Below, in pieces: positions 38,734 through 49,805 of a stretch of DNA of 64,000 bases (position 1 is the first letter of the stretch; each line of letters starts with the position of its first letter). Both the position numbers and the translations under genes were made by a program. The notes beneath the pieces were generated by a model, which had not been told where the DNA came from, did not search any database, and worked only from the letters and a program-made list of their open reading frames with translations. Source of the DNA: Blepharisma stoltei ATCC 30299 (taxonomy: Eukaryota > Protista > Ciliophora); contig CBFDEM010000001.1 of the NCBI GenBank assembly GCA_965603825.1, positions 310,001-374,000 on the forward strand, given 5' to 3'.

Positions 38734-39711
38734 ATGACTGAATTAGGCGTACGACCAGCCGTGCCAACTGAAGGTGAAGAGATTGGCTTACATGTAATCT
38801 TAGCGGGTTACCTTTTTCTATTTGGGATTTCTATTGGGAAAACTTATAGAAGCTTCAAATCCTTAGGAGATGCTGGCTTTGTAGGGCTGAAACTATACTA
38901 TTTTATCATCATTTTTATCCTCTTTCGTAAGCTATAATCAGTGAGGATCCTTTCCTTATTACGCTTAGATTTTGCTTATTCTTTATTTATTTACTCGATT
39001 TTCGACTGCTTAAGCTGTGCAACTTTAACCCTTTTAGGAACAACATTTTGCTTATTATGGGTTGAAATGTATATCAGCACCAGCATGGTACTTACAGATC
39101 AACAGAAAAATCTTGGAAATAGATTAGCCTTGCTAGGATATGCAATTATCAATTTCATAAATTATTCGACTCATATCTACGTTGTGGTAGATTCTTATTT
39201 CCATGTTCATGCACTTATATATGACACTATATGGGAAAATCTAATGATTCCGAATATTATTTTTTCATTTATCACTGTTATAGGGCTCTCCATGTCAGGA
39301 AGATATTTATCTAATCACATTATTGATGTGTATCCATCTTCAATGGGAGAAAAAATATCTTTAAGAATTAGATTTGTATCATTGCTATTGTGCATTGCTT
39401 TCTTTGTCAAATCAATAGCTCCATTTGCTTTATTGTTATATTATGATGGTCCTTTTGCCAATTCTCAGGTTTTTTGGTAAAAATTATGTAGGATGATTTT
39501 GGTAATATTTTATTATGGAGCAATTGAAATATCTCCTATATGTGTCGTCTTGTTTACGCTTAATAATAAAACTACAAGTGATGAGGATGATCAAGAATCA
39601 CTTCCTGATGGGCTTTTGTTTAATTCAGATAACTCTCATGATATATTTGACTCTAAAGTTCAATTGTCAGAACATCTACTTAATAAAGGGTCAACTAGTT
39701 ATACAGCTTAA
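38734..39711 (+). CDS. 7-TM protein (THH1/TOM1/GPR137-like), ~315 aa, introns 38927-38941 and 39477-39491
   Basis: About seven hydrophobic helices; FCLLWVEMY and FYYGAIEISP motifs resemble the TOM1/GPR137 family. Confidence 0.72.
38927..38941 (+). other. 15-nt intron GTAAGCTATAATCAG
   Basis: Removes TAA and joins same-frame ORFs. Confidence 0.87.
39477..39491 (+). other. 15-nt intron GTAAAAATTATGTAG
   Basis: Removes TAA and joins same-frame ORFs. Confidence 0.87.
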
Positions 39712-40112
39712 AAGATAATCTATTACAATTATTTATTTAATAGCTTTCTCTCTAATACGAAAAGATTTTTACTTGCAAACGGAGAGGAAAGTTTTTTAAA
39801 TTCTATATTAAAATTCTATTATAATTTAATTTTAATAAATAAAAAATCTATTGATTAAAGCATTCGTGGAGCACAATATTTAATATAATTTGCTAGAGCT
39901 CTAATCAAAATATTTTAACTTGCACAAATTGACAGAACCAAAAGTTAATAAACCAGCTTAATGAGTTGGCAAGTGTTCATATAGGTGCCATGAGGGCCTT
40001 TTGTTCCGAATCCACTCCATGTATTGGACAGAATAAAGTTCATATTTAAAAAGTTTTGCAATCAAGTAGGAATTAATTTTACAAAAAATAGGATCTTAAT
40101 TATTAATAAGCT

Positions 40113-40964
40113 TTATAAAGTGAGGCAAAATTCTTCACAGTTTTTCTTATATCTTGAAAAGCCCAAACCAACATATTTCAAAGATGTTCTAAGGGGCTCT
40201 ATAACAAATAATTCCAAAAATATTAAAATGATTCAAAAATATGGCAAGCCTTCATCATCAATCTATCTATAAAATACATCTATAGTAAAGCTATAATATT
40301 CAATCAATACTACGACTACAAAACCCAAAAAGTGAAAAATATTCATGAGGATCTTGGTTGATTTGCTTTGCTAATTATTTATTACAGAAGATCTGAAGCC
40401 TAGAGTCCATAAAATCGAGACTGGGAGGCAGATCAAGCATGATAAAAAAGGATATAAAAAATATCTTGAATTTACCTTAAATAGTTCCTGGTCTGCAAAT
40501 ATAAATAAAATCAGACACTCTATAGAAAATGTCATATATCATACTGCAAGTCTTGAAGATTTTATAAAAGTCTCTTTTTCTTTTTGAAAAATAGACAAGG
40601 GAAAGCATTGCTCCTAAGTAATTTTTACAGAAAAAAACCTTGAAAATACACTTCAAAGCGTTGGTAAGATTCTAACTTCTGGTGTCGTTTCTTCATCATC
40701 AGCAGGAATTTCAATTGTAAGAGTTTTTTTCCCTTTATATTTTGGCTTTCGCTGAGGGGAATTATCAGCAGAACCCTCATCAACAAATGTTGGAATAGTT
40801 TCTTCTCCTCTTGCTGTAGCTTCACTTGATAGGGTAACTTCAATTTGTTTCTCCTTTTTTAAACTTTTCAATTTCTGCTCTTTCTTACGCTTAATAATAA
40901 GAGAGATCAGAAAAAGATAGTAGATAATGCTTGAGCCTAAAAATAAATATCCACAAATTGTCAT
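40113..40964 (-). CDS. Multipass membrane hypothetical protein, ~268 aa, three 15-nt introns
   Basis: ATG 40964; open to TAA at 40113 once introns 40614-40628, 40371-40385 and 40263-40277 are removed and TGA=Trp; about five TM segments. Confidence 0.75.
40263..40277 (-). other. 15-nt intron GTATTTTATAGATAG
   Basis: Removes in-frame TAG. Confidence 0.75.
40371..40385 (-). other. 15-nt intron GTAATAAATAATTAG
   Basis: Removes in-frame TAG. Confidence 0.8.
40614..40628 (-). other. 15-nt intron GTAAAAATTACTTAG
   Basis: Removes in-frame TAG. Confidence 0.82.
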
Positions 40965-41293
40965 GATTTATATAAGTTCTTATATTTAATCTAATAAAAA
41001 GATGGACTCTGATCAAATAAAGCTTATCTTTCTACTCATAACAGTTGAATTTTGCATTGATTTAAATTTAATATATTAAGTTTGTTAGATATTGCCTAAA
41101 GTTTATACTTTTTTATAAATAGGCAAATTTCAATTAGTTTAGCCAAGTCAATTTTGCTAAACTTTTTTAGAAGTTTTGATAAAATTGATTAATTACTTCT
41201 TCTCTACTTATAGTCGAAGCTTACGTAAGCATTTGGTATGAAAATTCTTATCTCGAAACAAAATTCCAGCCATTTTAATAATAAATAAGCTAG

Positions 41294-41587
41294 ATGTCTA
41301 GAAGAATTATCCCTCTTCTCAATAGAATTATTATTCAGAAAGTAGAAGCTCCTAATAAAACAGCAGGAGGCATTCTTTTACCTGAAAAGAAGGACAACGA
41401 CACTCAAATTGGAACTGTAATTGCAGCTGGACCTGGAGCCATGTTTGAAAATGGACGAACACGTGAGACTGTGGTCAGACAAGGCCAAAATGTTTTGCTC
41501 CCATCATACAGTGGCCAAGAAGTCGATATTGATAACGAGAAGTTTTACATCTACAAGGACACAGAAATTCTAGCAATCCTCGATTAA
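41294..41587 (+). CDS. HSP10: Mitochondrial co-chaperonin Hsp10/Cpn10, 97 aa
   Basis: PLLNRII, KTAGGILLPE, VIAAGPG, DTEILAIL. Confidence 0.96.
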   Translation: MSRRIIPLLNRIIIQKVEAPNKTAGGILLPEKKDNDTQIGTVIAAGPGAMFENGRTRETVVRQGQNVLLPSYSGQEVDIDNEKFYIYKDTEILAILD

Positions 41588-41822
41588 GTAAATAATAGAA
41601 AATTCTATAGAAGTGCCAATGTTTTATAATAATCCAGCCTTCATTATCTTTTTCTATATTTCTATCCAAATAAATACTTTACTTTATATAGCTCTTAATT
41701 TATATAAATTTAGAAAGAAATTCTATTCATTTAGATGCTTAATGATCTCAATCTAATATCAATTTTATCTGTTTATATCCTTAAATCAATAAATAAAAGT
41801 TGAAGAACCGGATTTATGGTTA

Positions 41823-42944
41823 TTAGGCTGGCGGTTTTTCTTTAAGGGCCTCAATTTTTGTCCTCAAAGAATTCATGTAATCCTGTGACAGCAAAGGCTT
41901 AATTCGCTTAGGCAGAATTTTGCACGTTTCTAACCGCTGCTTAAAGTTTTCAATCTCTTGGTCAAAGCTTGTGTTTACACTCGTTTCGCTGTTAGGCGAC
42001 CTTGAATTTGCTGCAGTCGATGCTTTCGATTTTCGATTTTTTCTAGGCTTTTTTTCAGTATTGTTTTTTGTTTCTCCGTTTATAAAATTAACAAGCTCAT
42101 CAAGTGACATATTATGCAATGGCTCTGTCTGGCACTCCTCTTCATAGCTACTAAATGAGTCATCTGAAAGTATGTTACACAATGGGCCTGATTCGTTCAT
42201 AGAAATTGATGAAAATGTTGCTGATGTCAGCGCACTTGCTGCACATTTGGACTCTCTCTCCATTTTCTGGATCAGAGGGACCACAAAGTGCCTTTGGTCT
42301 TGACTTTTTACGTGTTCAATAAGTGGCACAGAATTTTTCACAATTTTTTCATAAAAGACAAGCTTATTTACGTTTTCAAAAGTAATTTCTGTATCTTCAA
42401 ACATGCAGCTGACGATTTTTTCGATTTCTATAGATGCATTTTGGAGCGTGTGATAAGCTTCAGCTAGGCAAATTGCTTGTAGCATTTTACTCTTCCCCAT
42501 GAGCTCAGCAAGCTGGCCATTTAAGGAATCAACAAAAGTGTGAACTGATTCATATAAGGAATTGTGTAATTCTTGAGTCCCTTCAGAGTGTATTAATTGC
42601 TTAAGCTCTTCTCGAAGCTTTCTTCTAAAAGCTTTATCAACAACAAGATTATAACTCTGTCGCTGTTCAAGTGGATTTTTGGATGAAATTCTTTTTTTCT
42701 TGCGGGAAATATAATCGTTGAGGTATTCATTGTAAATTTGATTGATTGACTCCATGATTTCTTCTCTAAGATTTGCTATGCGTTCAGGGTTAATGAATTT
42801 GAGGGTTTCCATTGGTGGATCTGAAACTCTGAGCAAAGAAAAGTCATTAGGAGTTTCTGGGGAGATTAAGCTTTGCCCACTTGAACGCTCGCTTGAAACT
42901 AAGTTTTTTGATGCCTTTGCTTTTTGCTTATTCCGCTTTGCCAT
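41823..42944 (-). CDS. Hypothetical protein, 373 aa
   Basis: Long uninterrupted ORF; C-terminal SLDELVNFIN..KKPRK..DQEIENFKQRL motif. Confidence 0.82.
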   Translation of the reverse strand: MAKRNKQKAKASKNLVSSERSSGQSLISPETPNDFSLLRVSDPPMETLKFINPERIANLREEIMESINQIYNEYLNDYISRKKKRISSKNPLEQRQSYNLVVDKAFRRKLREELKQLIHSEGTQELHNSLYESVHTFVDSLNGQLAELMGKSKMLQAICLAEAYHTLQNASIEIEKIVSCMFEDTEITFENVNKLVFYEKIVKNSVPLIEHVKSQDQRHFVVPLIQKMERESKCAASALTSATFSSISMNESGPLCNILSDDSFSSYEEECQTEPLHNMSLDELVNFINGETKNNTEKKPRKNRKSKASTAANSRSPNSETSVNTSFDQEIENFKQRLETCKILPKRIKPLLSQDYMNSLRTKIEALKEKPPA

Positions 42945-43762
42945 CTTTTATTGCAGGGATAGTTGATGTATTCAATTATTCAGATTTTAAATGTATTTAC
43001 TGTTTAAGTAAATCTAAGCTCAGATTATGCAACCATAAGCTTTTTTTGAAAACTTTGAAAATATATTTTGTAACAAAGAAAAGAACAACTACCATATTAT
43101 TACTTAATAAAATCTAGTTTCTTAAATGAAAATAGAATTAATAAATAATAATAAAATCAGCCTCATAGATCATATTTATAAACAATAAGTTTCCAAATAT
43201 AAAAAAAAATTCATTATTATAATCAAGATTTAAAGGATACTAAAATAAATTAGTTAAATTGATTGATCAATAGTTTCGATTCTTGCTATCTAAATTATAA
43301 ATTTAAAGCATTTTAGATTTTTAAATACTAACATATATACTGGCGTTAACTCGATATGCTTAATATTAAAATTGTCATATTTTTTAATGCTGATTTTTGC
43401 AAAACACATTGAATACGGATTTAGCATTAAAAAGAGTAATGAATTATAATATTTTAATACTTTAAATCATAATTTACTGATTTAAAAAGTTGCTAACTAA
43501 TTTTTTATCAACTGAAAATAGGTAATTTTAAAGTGCAGTATCATGGAAAAGAGTATTATCTACAAATAAAAATTTTCCCGAATTCTAAAAATGGCTGAAT
43601 TATATTTTTTAATTTTCTGAATTTTATGGTGAAATATTTTTTTAAATGTTACCAAATTTTCAGCATTTATCACCGATTCGTTTAATTAAAGAAAAAGTAA
43701 TAGTCTTATCTATCATATCAAAGAAAAAAATTAAGTTTACAGAAAGAATTAATAAAAAGAAT

Positions 43763-44437
43763 ATGGATTTAAATGAGACTTTAGCACGACTCTTGCTCGG
43801 TTATACCAATAATAGTTGTCGAAAAAATATTAAGTGCAGTTTCGATAACCTTATAAGTAAAAACTTCTGATGCAAAAGAGGCAAATTCAAAAAGGATTAC
43901 TTAAGATGCAAGCTTATCAGAGGCCATAAAAGACTAATGAGACAGATGAAAGTTGGAAGGGTTCCTAAAAAAGGACTAAACTGCTACGATGAGACGCTAT
44001 CTTCATCTCAAGAGCTTTTCCAGCGTCTGAAAGACTGCTACAACGAGGACAAGCCAAAATTCAATAAAATAAGCAAGACAGAAAACGGTCCAATCACTGA
44101 CGGAAATGATAAAAACCCAAATTCAAGATCAGTAAATAGCTTCAATAAAGGCTTTTGCAAAGGTTATTTCGAAGACCCAATTGTGAGAAGATCCTATTAT
44201 TATTATACAGAATATCTTTTTTCAAATTTAGATCCTGAGGTTTTATGCAAAAAATTTGAAATTAATTGTTGCGAGAGTGAACAGCATGAATGTTATTGCA
44301 GTTTGAAATGGACAATTATGAAAACTTACATCAGCCAATCTTTAATTAAGGAAATTGATCTGGAGCCTTGGAAACCTGAAAATCCATGCTCTATAGTACT
44401 CCCAGATATCTCCAGGATGATGTTGCCTTTTTGCTAA
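43763..44437 (+). CDS. Hypothetical protein, ~224 aa (KKDYLRCKLIRGHKR motif)
   Basis: ATG 43763 MDLNETL; TGA at 43868 joins the 43937 ORF in frame; TAA stop. Confidence 0.78.
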
Positions 44438-44840
44438 TTTAGCAAGATTAATTAAATAAAGGCCATTAACTAAATTTATATTAAAATATAGAAAGGAAAT
44501 GATAAGACTTTTTCAATAAAATATGGAGATGCCTAAAAACTTTATTGACAATAAATTAGAAGCACATAACTTTAAGCGTTTATTTCGCAGATGATTTAGA
44601 TTAGACATTAAATGAGTTTACCTAGCATGCTGCTGTACTTTGCTTGAAAATCAAATTTTATGAATTTTTGTAGAATCCTAACTCAACAACCCACAATGAA
44701 ATAAATAATTGCAAAGCCAAAGCCAAAGTCTGAACAACTCTTAGAAGATCTAATTTGTTGTTTTAAATTCAATTTGATATTTAATTCTTCACAGATAAAT
44801 AAAAATATTTTGGCTACTTTTAATAGTTTTAATTTTATAT

Positions 44841-45688
44841 ATTGCTTTTTGTTTCTCCGTTTATAAAATTAACAAGCTCATCAAGTGACATATTATGCGA
44901 TGGCTCTGTCTGGCACTCCCTTCATGATTACTAAATGAGTCATCTGAAAGTATGTCACACAATGGGGCTGATGTCAGCACACTTACTGCACATTTGGACT
45001 CTCTCTCCATTTTTTCGATCAGAGGAACCACAAAGTGATTTTGGTCTTGATTTTTTACGTATTCAATAAGTGGCACAGAATTTTTCACAATTCTTTCATA
45101 AAAGAAAATCTTATTTAAGTTTTCAAAAGTTGTTGGTTCTTTAAATAAGCAGCTGACGATTTTTTCGATTTCTTTAGACGAGTTTTGGAGCGTGTGATAA
45201 GCTTCAGCCAGGCAAATTGCTCGTAACATTTTACTCCTCCCCATGAGTTCAATAAGCTGATCATTTAAGGAATCTACAAAAGTGTGAGCTGATCCACATA
45301 AGGAATCGCGTAATTCTTGAGTCCCTTCAGAGTGTATTAATTGCTTAAGCTCTTCTTGAAGCTGTCTTCTAAAAGCTTTATCAACATAAAGATTATAACT
45401 TCGTCGCTTTTCAAGTGGATTTTTGGATCACATTCTTTTGCTCTTGCAGGAAATATAATTGTTGAGGTATTCATTGTAAATTTGATTGATTGACTCAATG
45501 ATTTCTTCTCTAAGGTTTTCTATGCTTTCAGGGTTAGATAATTTGAGATTTTCCATAGGTGGATCTGAAACTCTGAGCAAAGAAAAGTAATTAGAAGTTT
45601 CTGGGGGGATTAAGCTTTGCCCACTTGAGCGCTCGCTTAAAACTAGGTTTTCTGATGCCTTTGCATTTTGCTTATTCCGCTCTACCAT
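44841..45688 (-). pseudogene. 3'-truncated, frameshifted copy of the 41823-42944 gene
   Basis: Fragments MVERNKQNAKASENL.. and MGRSKMLRAICLAEAY.. are paralogous, with indels and loss of the last ~80 codons. Confidence 0.88.
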
Positions 45689-46959
45689 CTTTTATTGCAG
45701 ACATAGTTGATGTATTCAATAATTCAGACTTTAAATGTATTTACTGTTTAAGTAAATTTTAGCTCAGATTAAGAATCGATTTTTTTGAAAACTTTTAAAA
45801 TATATTGGGTAAAAAGAAAAGCCTTTGAAACCTGAAAATCCATACTCTATGGTGCTTCCAGATATCTCCAGGATGAATTTGCCTTTTGCTAATTTAGCAA
45901 GATTAATTAAATAAAGGCCATTAACTGAATTTATATTAAAATATAGAAAGGAGATGATAATACCTTTTCAATAAAATATGGAGATGCCTAAAAACTTTAT
46001 TGACAATAAATTAGAAGCACATAACTTTAAGCGTTTATTTCGCAGATGATTTAGATTAGACATTAAATGAGCTTCATTAACTTACTGCTGTACTTTGCTT
46101 GAAAATCAAATTTTATAAACTTTTGTAGAATCCTAACTTATCAACCCACAATGAATAAATATGTGCAAAGTCGAAGCTATAGTTTCAGAACCTCTTAGAA
46201 GATCTAATTTGTTGTTTTAAATTCAATTTGATACTTAATTCTTCACAGATAAATAAAAATATTTTGGCTACTTTTTTCATTAATTTCATATATTAGAGTT
46301 ATATAGAAACGGCTTTAAGATATCATTTTATATTTCAAGAGTTTCATAATGAATACGATTCGATTGCAAGTAGATAGATAGTGCTATTGATGAAATTTAT
46401 AAATTTATCTATTTAATTCGATTTTTTAGGCACTAATATAGCCTTCTCTTTCTTTACCACAAAAAACCACAATTCGCCTTAAAACAAAAACTTTATACTT
46501 AAACTTCCGCTCTCAAAAATAAAAATTCACACTTCAAATACAAGTACCCCATGAAAGATTCTAACAAACACTAGTAATCCCCTGCTAGATTTCCAGCTTC
46601 TCAAGCTGTATAAAAATTGCTTCTCGATGTAAGACCATTCACGCGAAATAGGCAAAAGAAAATCAATGATAATTTTATGAAGATCTCGTATCTTTATCTT
46701 TGAGATCACAATAAAAATCCATAAATTCTTGCAGAATCCTATTCACTTTGACTCTCAGCTGCTTCAAATCACTTATTGAAGCTCCTATACTTCTTCTTCT
46801 ACTAATTTTGGCTTAAACACCTAAAAAATCATATTTATATAAATTTATCCATCTACACTATGAATTTTTTTTATCGTCAAAAACGTTTGACATTTATAAA
46901 ATTCCTTCCCTAAAATTTCCCTAAATCTTAAATTTAACACAATTAAGGTCAACACCATA

Positions 46960-47793
46960 TTACTTAATAGGGTTTGCCACATTAAACACTTTAGCACCTT
47001 CACTATAATCCTTAGTAGGATCTCTTTCACACTCTGGTGGGAATAATCTTCTTTTTTCTTCGTAATAATTATCTCTCCATGATCCTTGTGATAGTGGATT
47101 ATAGGTCAGATATAAGTTTCTCCTAGTAAATGTACTTGTGTTTACATCACTTCTGTGAGGAGCATAACTGTCGAAAAAGACGCAATCACCAGCTGAAGCG
47201 TCAAGTGGTATCCAGTTTAGCTTTGCTTCAATATCAGTACGAATTGACCCATCAGAATTCTGAGGAAGAATTTCTTTAGGGATATGATGTTGTCTTACGA
47301 AATCAAGACCTCCAGACTGCCTTGTGTTTGCATCAATAGGGAGTAAAACTGTCAAGAGTTTCTTCACCCCGAAGCTAACAAAGGCTGGCTGATCTTGGTG
47401 GGCAGCAAAACCGTTGCCTTGAGGAAACTTAAAGTTTATCTTCTCTTTGTAGATAACTGCTTGTTCACCAAACAAGTCAGAACTCATATCGGTGATCATA
47501 CCATAGGAAATTTCCCTAAGCTCTTGGAAGAATGGAAGGAAGTTTTCGACACGGCACAAAAGTCTCTGGTTTTTGCTGATTTCGAAGTATTTCATCCATT
47601 TTCCTGGAGTCTCTGGGAGATCTTCCATTTGCTTTGCCCAATTCTGTAGGTTATCTGTAACTAGCCTCGGTAGGACGTTTTTGGCCACCACGAAGCCTTC
47701 TCTGTTATAGAAGTCTATTTGTTCTTGGCTAAAGAACTTTGGTGTGTATGATGCCTGACTAGAAGCAAAGTTTCTAAGGGTCCTCGACAACAT
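46960..47793 (-). CDS. PhyH-family Fe(II)/2-oxoglutarate dioxygenase, PhnY (2-aminoethylphosphonate dioxygenase)-like, 277 aa
   Basis: HQD..H triad (AAHQDQPA, FFDSYAPHRS), RVENF, KEKINFK, RRNLYLTYN, YYEEKRRLFPPECER; N-terminal MLSRTLRNFAS mitochondrial-type presequence. Confidence 0.8.
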   Translation of the reverse strand: MLSRTLRNFASSQASYTPKFFSQEQIDFYNREGFVVAKNVLPRLVTDNLQNWAKQMEDLPETPGKWMKYFEISKNQRLLCRVENFLPFFQELREISYGMITDMSSDLFGEQAVIYKEKINFKFPQGNGFAAHQDQPAFVSFGVKKLLTVLLPIDANTRQSGGLDFVRQHHIPKEILPQNSDGSIRTDIEAKLNWIPLDASAGDCVFFDSYAPHRSDVNTSTFTRRNLYLTYNPLSQGSWRDNYYEEKRRLFPPECERDPTKDYSEGAKVFNVANPIK

Positions 47794-47979
47794 TGTTTAA
47801 TTATAATCCATTAATCTCCATACTGAACAGACATTCTAATTGTTTAAATTTGTATAACGGATAAGTTCACCAGATAATTATTTTTTAAAAATTCTCTTAA
47901 GGCGAAAATATGACGATAATATTGACTATTAAAAATTCCAAAAATAAATGGATTAATCAGAATAATCTAAGTTAAATGA

Positions 47980-49287
47980 CTATAATTCTTCAACATACGT
48001 TTTCCCGTTTTCATAGTAACTTTGCTCCTTTTTGCTTGATTTTTGATACTTATTCAGAACTTTGAGTCTATTTTCAATGATTCTTGAAATTATATGTTTC
48101 GTCTCCAGTTCACTTTCGCTTTGCACTTCTTGATAAATTCCCAAGGCTTTCGGCAGCAAATACGGGTCATCTTCTTCATCATTATACTCTAAGCTTTGTT
48201 TTCTTCTCTGGCTATGTTCTACATCAAGTTTCGAAATAGAACCTTGTACTACCATCTGAATATTCAATGATTTCAACAGATCTTCCGTTATGGTCCAAGG
48301 AGCAGCAATGACTACTTCATCCACATATTTCACAGCTAGCACATTTAAAACTCTTTCATACAAATTCATTATAGGATAATTCGAGCCTTTATGCTGATTT
48401 ACAGTCAAGTCATCATGAACTCCCACAATCAAAAAATCGCCGAGCTCTTTAGCTTTTTTCAGCGTTTCTACATGGCCAATATGAAACAAATCAAAAGAAC
48501 CGTCCACATAAATTATTTTCCCTTCAGGTCTTCTGGTTCTATTCGCGAATTCTGATATCCTTCTGGTGGTGGCGATGAAATTTGATTTATAGTTAATATC
48601 AGTTGCTATCATAGGCTCTGAGTAAGCTGCTTTATTTTCGACTGTCATAAGAAGAAGCTTACCGACTATCATGGTTGTCGATATTCCTTCAGTCCTTTTA
48701 ATTATTTTAAACCTGCCAGCATTTTTCAGCTGAGCATAAGCGTCAACCCCTTCTGAGTTTATTGCGATGTCATCTCCATGGGCTATGTAGCGGCAGTTTA
48801 ATGAATCAAGCCACCCTTCTGTGGCGCTATAAGGGGCATTTTCTACTACTTCGTCTACCCATTTGCAAGCTCTTACCATAGATAAACGTTCTTGGTTAGT
48901 CATTACTGGCATTCCTTTATTTCTGACTATTTCATCATCATTGTGGACTCCTACAACGAGAATTTTGCCCAGCATCTTGGCTTGACGAATTGCATTGAAA
49001 TGTCCACTGTGCATGATGTCCCAGCACCCATCGATGTATATTCTATCAGGATCTGCTCTAACTCTAGACAAAGTTAAGATTTCACTAGAATTGTAGCTGT
49101 TTACGAAACTCAGTAATTCTTCAGTATATTGATTGAATTCGCTAGTAACTTGCTGAGCCAGTAAATGATTTGTCGTGAACATATCCTGCATCATTGAGAT
49201 AAATTGAGAGTTCTGATTGAAAAACAGCGCTGCTTTGCATAGTGTCATGAAGAAATGACGCTTGTCCTCGAAAGCAATTTCTGGCAT
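47980..49287 (-). CDS. PCYT2: Ethanolamine-phosphate cytidylyltransferase (two CT domains), 435 aa
   Basis: DGCWDIMHSGH and DGSFDLFHIGH HxGH motifs, RTEGISTT, YPIMNLYERVLNVLAVKYVDEVV. Confidence 0.92.
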   Translation of the reverse strand: MPEIAFEDKRHFFMTLCKAALFFNQNSQFISMMQDMFTTNHLLAQQVTSEFNQYTEELLSFVNSYNSSEILTLSRVRADPDRIYIDGCWDIMHSGHFNAIRQAKMLGKILVVGVHNDDEIVRNKGMPVMTNQERLSMVRACKWVDEVVENAPYSATEGWLDSLNCRYIAHGDDIAINSEGVDAYAQLKNAGRFKIIKRTEGISTTMIVGKLLLMTVENKAAYSEPMIATDINYKSNFIATTRRISEFANRTRRPEGKIIYVDGSFDLFHIGHVETLKKAKELGDFLIVGVHDDLTVNQHKGSNYPIMNLYERVLNVLAVKYVDEVVIAAPWTITEDLLKSLNIQMVVQGSISKLDVEHSQRRKQSLEYNDEEDDPYLLPKALGIYQEVQSESELETKHIISRIIENRLKVLNKYQKSSKKEQSYYENGKTYVEEL

Positions 49288-49805
49288 CGGAGTTATAAAA
49301 TTTATTGAAATTATGGATAAGAAAAGAAATGGATATATGGCTTATCATTTCCAACAAAATCACAACTTGAGATTTAACAAAAAATTCAAAGAACTTGAGG
49401 CTGAAGTGATAAATTATTTTTTTTAAATTAAGTTTCATCAAGAAACAGAAAAACCAAGAATAAGCTAGATTGATGCTGAAATTCATATTTGACTGCCTAA
49501 AGCCTTTTATAGAATTATAAGATTATAATCATAATAAATTATGATTTTTAAGGAAAACTAAACTTCAATGCCAAACAAAATTATATTTAATTGATTTTAG
49601 TCAACAGCAGTAATTATGGATGATGTCATCAAAACCCTCTCATTTTGATATACAATATTAAAAGATATATCATTTAGATATTAAATTCTGTTTAACAAGA
49701 AACAAGAAAAAATAATCAGTTAACATACTGTTATATAAAAGCTAGAAAACCTGTGCTTTAATCTTCATTTAATTTTTTATAATTATTAATATTATTGATA
49801 TAACT

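Larger units (their letters stand above)
42059..46295. repeat. Degenerate tandem duplication: 42059-44843 copied as 44840-46295 with ~1.28-kb internal deletion
   Basis: 44840-45820 matches 42059-43083; 45821-46293 matches 44365-44843. Confidence 0.92.

Noticed and set aside
39950-40045. GC-richer intergenic patch, possible ncRNA or micro-ORF
   Set aside because: No tRNA, snRNA or snoRNA motifs or convincing frame; an Rfam/Infernal scan is needed.
46480-46900. Coding-like minus-strand stretch including ORF 46527-46709
   Set aside because: Stops in all frames, no consistent intron solution and no recognisable homology; possibly a decayed gene but unsupported.
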